In this document: one piece after another, positions 54,829 through 64,000 of the stretch
Numbering within the stretch: position 1 is the stretch's first letter
Layout: each line of letters starts with the position of its first letter
Assembly: GCF_006345805.1 (NCBI RefSeq)
Contig: NC_043011.1
Span: 34,546,464-34,610,463, forward strand
Direction: 5' to 3'
Length of the DNA stretch: 64,000 nucleotides
DNA from: Octopus sinensis
Taxonomy: Eukaryota
Notes under the pieces: generated by a model
The model's database searches: none
What the model was told of the DNA's origin: nothing
What the model saw: the letters and a program-made list of their open reading frames with translations, nothing else
Made by a program: the position numbers and the translations under genes

Positions 54829-55809
54829 GTGTGTGTGTGTGTGTATCTGTAAATTAGCGGTTCGGCAAAGCCACCGATAGAATAATTACTAGGCTTATAA
54901 AGAATAAGTCCTGGGGTCGATTTGTTCGACTAAAGGCTGTGCCACAGCATGGCTGCAGTCAAATGACTGAAACAAGTGAAAGAGTAAAAGAATATATGTA
55001 TATAGAGAGCACAGACGTATCCAGAGATTCTCAGTATTGAAGACACTTAGTAGTGGTCACATGATTCACACTTAAACTCCAATGTCTTTAGAGGAGGTTA
55101 ATTTCACGGGGTAAAGAATGGCCATAAGAGGGATCAGATTGAGCAAGATATAGAGGCAATTTAGCGGATAAACAAATTAGATATGTTAAATATAACAGTT
55201 TCGGTATGAAATACAAAATATGTGTATGTGTATACATGCAAAACGGAGGAAAGTAAAAAGTGGGATTTTCCGATGATGAAAATTTGTAAGTATGAATGCG
55301 TAGGTATTCATATTATTTCTACTCTTGGCAAAAGGCCCGAAATTTTTGTAGAGGGTGCCAGTCGATTAGATCGCAACTAGTACTTAATTTATCGACCTTA
55401 TTTATTAACCTAATTGTTCCTTTCTCTGTATCTTTCGCTCCCTTTCTCTCTCTCTCTCTCATTCTCTCCGTGTCTCCGTTCTCTCTTTATCTCTCTGTAT
55501 ATATGTATATATATATATGTATATAATGATAATTGAAGGTATTATTAATTATTATTGTTATTATTGTTGTCCTGAGGAGTGACTATAATTTTAAATTGAA
55601 CTGTTTTTCGACTAAATTTAAATTTAATTGTAATTCCAATTTAATTATAGCCATGAAACGTACGTTGTCTTTTTACTTATTATATAATGTTTATTCATTT
55701 TTGTTCTTTTTGTGATCTAAGTTATATGTTTTAAAATATATTTACTTTTTATTTATGATTTGGTTTATGTTGATCATTGCTTGAATTGCATACTAGTGGT
55801 TTTTCTCTA

Positions 55810-55872
<63 letters not shown>

Positions 55873-56887
55873 ATATGTGTGTGTGTGTATGTCATGAAAT
55901 AACTTACCTTTTGCAGGCTAATTCGCACATGAAGGTCCAGAACTTTTTTACGTTATCTTCACAAGCTTGTACACATCCTTTACTCAGATCCAGTTTTTTG
56001 ATGTGCTCAATTAGGTCGCTGACTGCAAAATAAATTAGAACAAATATTAAATAATGACGTTTGCTATTTTGAATTGCAATACATTCACTAGGAGTCCACA
56101 CATATTTTTAGCATAATCATAATGAATCTTTACATTTTTGAGGTAACATAACATCCGGGAAACGAAAAACAGAACCGAAACTGCGGCATTTAAAATATTG
56201 AAAGCCTGCAGAACTTAGAAAGACGGAACTAAATACCACAGCGTACCTTGTCATTTACGTTTTATTAAGTGTGTAACTGAGACGTTTAATTGTAATACAG
56301 AGAAAATCCTGATGCTAATTATTGTGGAAGTGTTTATGAAATTGTATGACATTCATGGCTTTCTCGACGTCATAAGCAACGTAACATGAAATGTAATTGA
56401 ATTTGGTGATTTATAAGATATTAGTGACAAGAAGAATAATTTTTGTCTAGTTTTGCTACGAAGCAAGCGATTATTTGAAAAGAAAGAAAATTCGAATAAA
56501 TCAACGTCATTGAACAACTGCTACATATTTTATCGTCCTCGAAAGAATGACAAGCAAAGTGCTCCGCAATGGAATATGAACTCTGACCGTAAAGCCGGAA
56601 GAAATGCCGCTAAGCATTTTGTCTGGTGTAGCAGCCAATTTGTGAAGGCCATTGATTTGTAGATATCTTTGATAAACGAGCAAATCAACTCGACTGATAT
56701 TGATTCGGTGTTAAACAATAACGACAACAACAACATCATAATATCATATCTCTAATTCTTATGGACAAAATATTTCCAGGAAATTTCGTTTTTACTTACG
56801 TGAAAACCTTTTGTCGTCGTCTTCATCATAGAAGCTGGCAGCGAAGACGATGGGAAGCAACACTAAAAACAAAAGGACGACCTTCAT
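52892..56887 (-). CDS. Gene C: secreted four-cysteine prepropeptide, 68 aa; complement(join(52892..52895,55908..56022,56800..56887)). [68 protein letters not shown]
   Basis: Exons 1 and 2 have canonical sites and lengths. The last exon is placed by homology to the B-type acceptor (GAATGTCAG) and gives an immediate TAG, so it is less certain than exons 1-2. Confidence 0.8.
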
Positions 56888-56989
56888 GTCTGAAAAATAG
56901 AAAAAGATACTCTACAGACAGACGGACGGACAGGCGAGCGGACAGACAGTCAGACAGATGTGTGTATATATATATATAATATATATATA

Positions 56990-57040
<51 letters not shown>

Positions 57041-57049
57041 AATACATAT

Positions 57050-57094
57050 AGATAGACTGATAGATAGATAGACAGACAGACAGAAAGACAGACC

Positions 57095-57164
<70 letters not shown>

Positions 57165-57174
57165 AAGACAGACC

Positions 57175-57268
<94 letters not shown>

Positions 57269-57290
57269 CAGACATAGATATAGATAGGTT
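57050..57290. repeat. (GATA)n/(GACA)n in the 5' UTR intron of C
   Basis: Direct reading, preceded by a (TA)n tract at about 56965-57045. Confidence 0.95.
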
Positions 57291-57374
57291 CTCGTTAGAA
57301 TGTTTGAACATGAAGTCCTAATTATCAGGTCGAGAGAAAAAATAGAAATTTCATTCGAAGACACTAAAAGCAAG

Positions 57375-57545
57375 ACTTACTGGAATGTCTATGAGATGCA
57401 GTGTGTTAAGAAGAGGAATAAGTCCTTTTATATGGTAATCTATGTCTGACTAACATCTGTATTGTTCTCATCTAATTGAGAAACCAGTGAAATCAGTTGA
57501 AAAGAGCATAAAGAGAAAATGCTGAGATAACCAATTTAAAGATAA
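57375..57545 (-). promoter_or_regulatory. Promoter and short first exon of C
   Basis: AGATAA 57540-57545, CATCTG 57454-57459, minus-strand TATAAAA 57426-57432, donor GTAAGT 57375-57380. Confidence 0.65.
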
Positions 57546-57781
57546 GTGTTGCAGAAGATATGCACCTACCCCTTCCAAAAGCAACAATTTCGCAGATACA
57601 GACATTCAAGTCACTATGCAAAGAACCGGAAGTGATAACATAAGACATATTGCATGATTCTCTCACTCCGTCAGTCTGTTGCTCTAGTTTAGTATGATTA
57701 TATCCACCCTGTAACGAATAAATGGAAGTGGATTGCATCCTACGTTATCTTTCTAAATTTTAAATCGGTAACGGTAATCGT

Positions 57782-60700
57782 ATTTAATAAAATTGTTGTC
57801 AAGGTATTGACTTACTAATCTTATTTGTTTTTCACATAGGGTGTCTCAAGGATTTATATAAGGCCTCAACGGTTGATCATGCACCTCAGCAAGATTATAT
57901 GCGGACCTTGTCAAGAGATTTTCATTTAATAAGATTGTTGTCAAGGTATAGATTTACTAATCTACTGTTTTTCACATAGGGTGTCTCAAGGATTTATATA
58001 AGGCCTCAACGGTTCATCATGCACCTCAGCAAGATTATATGCCGACCTTGTCAAGAGATTTTCATTTAATAAGATTGTTGTCAAGGTATAGATTTACTAA
58101 TCTACTGTTTTTCACATAGGGTGTCTCAAGGATTTATATAAGGCCTCAACGGTTCATCATGCACCTCAGCAAGATTATATGCCGACCTTGTCAAGATTTT
58201 CATTTAATAAGATTGTTGTCAAGGTATAGATTTACTAATCTACTGTTTTTCACATAGGGTGCCTCAAGGATTTATATAAGGCCTCAACGGTTGATCATGC
58301 ACCTCAGCAAGATTATATGCCAACCTTGTCAAGAGATTTTCATTTAATAAGATTGTTGTCAAGGTATAGATTTACTAATCTACTGTTTTCACATAGGGTG
58401 CCTCAAGGATTTATATAAGGCCTCAACGGTTGATCATGCACCTCAGCAAGATTATATGCCAACCTTGTCAAGAGATTTTCATTTAATAAGATTGTTGTCA
58501 AGGTATAGATTTACTAATCTACTGTTTTCACATAGGGTGCCTCAAGGATTTATATAAGGCCTCAACGGTTGATCATGCACCTCAGCAAGATTATATGCCA
58601 ACCTTGTCAAGAGATTTTCATTTAATAAAATTGTTGCCAAGGTATAGATTTACTAATCTACTGTTTTCACATAGGGTGCCTCAAGGATTTATATAAGGCC
58701 TCAACGGTTGATCATGCACCTCAGCAAGATTATATGCCAACCTTGTCAAGAGATTTTCATTTAATAAAATTGTTGCCAAGGTATAGATTTACTAATCTAC
58801 TGTTTTCACATAGGGTGCCTCAAGGATTTATATAAGGTCTCAACGGTTGATCATGCACCTCAGCAAGATTATATGACAACCTTGTCAAGAGATTTTCATT
58901 TAATAAAATTGTTGCCAAGGTATAGATTCACTAATCTACTGTTTTCACATAGGGTGCCTCAAGGATTTATATAAGGCCTCAACGGTTTATCATGCACCTC
59001 AGCAAGATTATATGCCAACCTTGTCAAGAGATTTTCATTTAATAAAATTGTTGCCAAGGTATAGATTTACTAATCTACTGTTTTCACATAGGGTGCCTCA
59101 AGGATTATATAAGGCCTCAACGGTTGATCATGCACCTCAGCAAGATTATATGCCAACTTGTCAAGAGATTTTCATTTAATAAAATTGTTGCCAAGGTATA
59201 GATTTACTAATCTACTGTTTTCACATAGGGTGCCTCAAGGATTTATATAAGGCCTCAACGGTTGATCATGCACCTCAGCAAGATTATATGCCAACTTGTC
59301 AAGAGATTTTCATTTAATAAAATTGTTGCCAAGGTATAGATTTACTAATCTACTGTTTTCACATAGGGTGCCTCAAGGATTTATATAAGGCCTCAACGGT
59401 TGATCATGCACCTCAGCAAGATTATATGCCAACTTGTCAGAGATTTTCATTTAATAAAATTGTTGCCAGGTATAGATTTACTAATCTACTGTTTTCACAT
59501 AGGGTGCCTCAAGGATTTATATAAGGCCTCAACGGTTGATCATGCACCTCAGCAAGATTATATGCCAACTTGTCAAGAGATTTTCATTTAATAAAATTGT
59601 TGCCAAGGTATAGATTTACTAATCTACTGTTTTCACATAGGTGCCTCAAGGATTTATATAAGGCCTCAACGTTGATCATGCACCTCAGCAAGATTATATG
59701 CCGACCTTGTCAAGAGATTTTCATTTAATAAAATTGTTGCCAAGGTATAGATTTACTAATCTACTGTTTTCACATAGGGTGCCTCAAGGATTTATATAAG
59801 GCCTCAACGGTTGATCATGCACCTCAGCAAGATTATATGCCAACCTTGTCAAGAGATTTTCATTTATAAAATTGTTGCCAAGGTATAGATTTACTAATCT
59901 ACTGTTTTCACATAGGGGCCTCAAGGATTTATATAAGGCCTCAACGGTTGATCATGCACCTCAGCAAGATTATATGCCAACCTTGTCAAGAGATTTTCAT
60001 TTAATAAAATTGTTGCCAAGGTATAGATTTACTAATCTACTGTTTTCACATAGGGTGCCTCAAGGATTTATATAAGGCCTCAACGGTTGATCATGCACCT
60101 CAGCAAGATTATATGCCAACCTTGTCAAGAGATTTTCATTTAATAAAATTGTTGCCAAGGTATAGATTTACTAATCTACTGTTTTCACATAGGGTGCCTC
60201 AAGGATTTATATAAGGCCTCAACGGTTGATCATGCACCTCAGCAAGATTATATGCCAACCTTGTCAAGAGATTTTCATTTAATAAAATTGTTGCCAAGGT
60301 ATAGATTTACTAATCTACTGTTTTCACATAGGGTGCCTCAAGGATTATATAAGGCCTCAACGGTTGATCATGCACCTCAGCAAGATTATATGACAACCTT
60401 GTCAAGAGATTTTCATTTAATAAAATTGTTGCCAGGTATAGATTCACTAATCTACTGTTTTCACATAGGGTGCCTCAAGGATTTATATAAGGTCTCAACG
60501 GTTGATCATGCACCTCAGCAAGATTATATGACAACCTTGTCAAGAGATTTTCATTTAATAAAATTGTTGCCAAGGTATAGATTCACTAATCTACTGTTTT
60601 CACATAGGGTGCCTCAAGGATTTATATAAGGCCTCAACGGTTTATCATGCACCTCAGCAAGATTATATGCCAACCTTGTCAAGAGATTTTCATTTAATAA

Positions 60701-63700
60701 AATTGTTGCCAAGGTATAGATTTACTAATCTACTGTTTTCACATAGGGTGCCTCAAGGATTTATATAAGGCCTCAACGGTTGATCATGCACCTCAGCAAG
60801 ATTATATGCCAACTTGTCAAGAGATTTTCATTTAATAAAATTGTTGCCAAGGTATAGATTTACTAATCTACTGTTTTCACATAGGGTGCCTCAAGGATTT
60901 ATATAAGGTCTCAACGGTTGATCATGCACCTCAGCAAGATTATATGACAACCTTGTCAAGAGATTTTCATTTAATAAAATTGTTGCCAAGGTATAGATTC
61001 ACTAATCTACTGTTTTCACATAGGGTGCCTCAAGGATTTATATAGGCCTCAACGGTTGATCATGCACCTCAGCAAGATTATATGCCAACTTGTCAAGAGA
61101 TTTTCATTTAATAAAATTGTTGCCAAGGTATAGATTTACTAATCTACTGTTTTCACATAGGGTGCCTCAAGGATTTATATAAGGCCTCAACGGTTGATCA
61201 TGCACCTCAGCAAGATTATATGCCAACTTGTCAAGAGATTTTCATTTAATAAAATTGTTGCCAAGGTATAGATTTACTAATCTACTGTTTTCACATAGGG
61301 TGCCTCAAGGATTTATATAAGGCCTCAACGGTTGATCATGCACCTCAGCAAGATTATATGCCAACTTGTCAAGAGATTTTCATTTAATAAAATTGTTGCC
61401 AAGGTATAGATTTACTATATACTGTTTTACTGTGTTTCACATAGGTGCCTCAAGGATTTATATAAGGCCTCAACGGTTGATCATGCACCTCAGCAAGATT
61501 ATATGCCAACTTGTCAAGAGATTTTCATTTAATAAAATTGTTGCCAAGGTATAGATTTACTAATCTACTGTTTTCACATAGGGTGCCTCAAGGATTTATA
61601 TAAGGCCTCAACGGTTGATCATGCACCTCAGCAAGATTATATGCCAACTTGTCAAGAGATTTTCATTTAATAAAATGTTGCCAAGGTATAGATTTACTAA
61701 TCTACTGTTTTCACATAGGGTGCCTCAAGGATTTATATAAGGCCTCAACGGTTGATCATGCACCTCAAAGATTATATGCCAACTTGTCAAGAGATTTTCA
61801 TTTATATAAATTGTTGCCAAGGTATAGATTTACAAATCTACTGTTTTCACATAGGGTGCCTCAAGGATTTATATAAGGCCTCAACGGTTGATCATGCACC
61901 TCAGCAAGATTATATGCCAACTTGTCAAGAGATTTTCATTTAATAAATTGTTGCCAAGGTATAGAGTTACTAATCTACTGTTTTCACATAGGGTGCCTCA
62001 AGGATTTATATAAGGCCTCAACGGTTGATCATGCACCTCAGCAAGATTATATGCCAACCTTGTCAAGAGATTTTCATTTAATAAAATTGTTGCCAAGGTA
62101 TAGATTTACTAATCTACTGTTTTCACATAGGGTGCCTCAAGGATTTATATAAGCCTCAACGGTTGATCATGCACCTCAGCAAGATTATATGCCAACTTGT
62201 CAAGAGATTTTCATTTAATAAAATTGTTGCCAAGGTATAGATTTACTAATCTACTGTTTTCACATAGGGTGCCTCAAGGATTTATATAAGGCCTCAACGG
62301 TTGATCATGCACCTCAGCAAGATTATATGCCAACCTTGTCAAGAGATTTTCATTTAATAACATTGTTGCCAAGGTATAGATTTACTAATCTACTGTTTTC
62401 ACATAGGGTGCCTCAAGGATTTATATAAGGCCTCAACGGTTGATCATGCACCTCAGCAAGATTATATGCCAACTTGTCAAGAGATTTTCATTTAATAAAA
62501 TTGTTGCCAAGGTATAGATTTACTAATCTACTGTTTTCACATAGGGTGCCTCAAGGATTTATATAAGGCCTCAACGGTTGATCATGCACCTCAGCAAGAT
62601 TATATGCCAACTTGTCAAGAGATTTTCATTTAATAAAATTGTTGCCAAGGTATAGATTTACTAATCTACTGTTTTCACATAGGGTGCCTCAAGGATTTAT
62701 AAGGCCTCAACGGTTGATCATGCACCTCAGCAAGATTATATGCCAACTTGTCAAGAGATTTTCATTTAATAAAATTGTTGCCAAGGTATAGATTTACTAA
62801 TCTACTGTTTTCACATAGGGTGCCTCAAGGATTTATATAAGGCCTCAACGGTTGATCATGCACCTCAGCAAGATTATATGCCAACCTTGTCAAGAGATTT
62901 TCATTTAATAAAATTGTTGCCAAGGTATAGATTTACTAATCTACTGTTTTCACATAGGGTGCCTCAAGGATTTATATAAGGCCTCAACGGTTGATCATGC
63001 ACCTCAGCAAGATTATATGCCAACTTGTCAAGAGATTTTCATTTAATAAAATTGTTGCCAAGGTATAGATTTACTAATCTACTGTTTTCACATAGGGTGC
63101 CTCAAGGATTTATATAAGGCCTCAACGGTTGATCATGCACCTCAGCAAGATTATATGCCAACCTTGTCAAGAGATTTTCATTTATAAAATTGTTGCCAAG
63201 GTATAGATTTACTAATCTACTGTTTTCACATAGGGTGCCTCAAGGATTTATATAAGGCCTCAACGGTTGATCATGCACCTCAGCAAGATTATATGCCAAC
63301 CTTGTCAAGAGATTTTCATTTAATAAAATTGTTGCCAAGGTATAGATTTACTAATCTACTGTTTTCACATAGGGTGCCTCAAGGATTTATATAAGGCCTC
63401 AACGGTTGATCATGCACCTCAGCAAGATTATATGCCAACCTTGTCAAGAGATTTTCATTTAATAAAATTGTTGCCAAGGTATAGATTTACTAATCTACTG
63501 TTTTCACATAGGGTGCCTCAAGGATTTATATAAGGCCTCAACGGTTGATCATGCACCTCAGCAAGATTATATGCCAACCTTGTCAAGAGATTTTCATTTA
63601 ATAAAATTGTTGCCAAGGTATAGATTTACTAATCTACTGTTTTCACATAGGGTGCCTCAGGGATTTATATAAGGCCTCAACGGTTGATCATGCACCTCAG

Positions 63701-64000
63701 CAAGATTATATGCCAACCTTGTCAAGAGATTTTCATTTAATAAAATTGTTGCCAAGGTATAGATTTACTAATCTACTGTTTTCACATAGGGTGCCTCAAG
63801 GATTTATATAAGGCCTCAACGGTTGATCATGCACCTCAGCAAGATTATATGCCAACCTTGTCAAGAGATTTTCATTTAATAAAATTGTTGCCAAGGTATA
63901 GATTTACTAATCTACTGTTTTCACATAGGGTGCCTCAAGGATTTATATAAGGCCTCAACGGTTGATCATGCACCTCAGCAAGATTATATGCCAACCTTGT
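57782..64000. repeat. Tandem satellite, 139-bp monomer, about 45 copies, runs off the window end
   Basis: Monomer AAGGTATAGATTTACTAATCTACTGTTTTCACATAGGGTGCCTCAAGGATTTATATAAGGCCTCAACGGTTGATCATGCACCTCAGCAAGATTATATGCCAACCTTGTCAAGAGATTTTCATTTAATAAAATTGTTGCC; spacing checked at 63842 and 63981. Confidence 0.98.

Noticed and set aside
56806-56830. DEDDDK as an enteropeptidase-type activation site in gene C
   Set aside because: It overlaps the family-wide KR convertase site and is simply explained as an acidic propeptide; present in one paralogue only.
57782-64000. CRISPR-like array, or tandem micro-exons (AAG|GTATAG ... TACTAAT ... TTTTCACATAG| in every monomer)
   Set aside because: There are no unique spacers. 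The implied intron is only 33 nt and the 106-nt exon shifts frame each unit, so no continuous ORF results.

Overview
AT-rich, repeat-dense eukaryotic genomic DNA; the dominant tRNA-derived SINE family matches the one I recognise from Octopus genomes (inference, no search run). The ORF track misses the main content, which is a cluster of six paralogous spliced genes. Each has a tiny non-coding first exon plus three coding exons (88 nt, 115 nt and a short last exon; intron phases 1 and 2). They encode 68-76 aa prepropeptides: signal peptide, short acidic propeptide, KR site, amphipathic helix, then C-x3-C-x11-C-x3-C. Order: A1(+) B1(-) A2(+) B2(-) B3(-) C(-). The A/B pair is segmentally duplicated at about 16 kb offset. 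The paralogues show accelerated non-synonymous change in the mature-peptide exon, apparent gene-conversion tracts, a shared GATA/E-box/TATA promoter layout and a variable (GATA)n repeat in the first intron. The rest is mariner, Gypsy, Helitron, LINE and SINE debris, a nest of Penelope-like repeats with hammerhead ribozyme motifs (including an inverted pair), and a 139-bp satellite array from about 57.8 kb to the window end. All exon assembly, translation and difference counts were done by eye.
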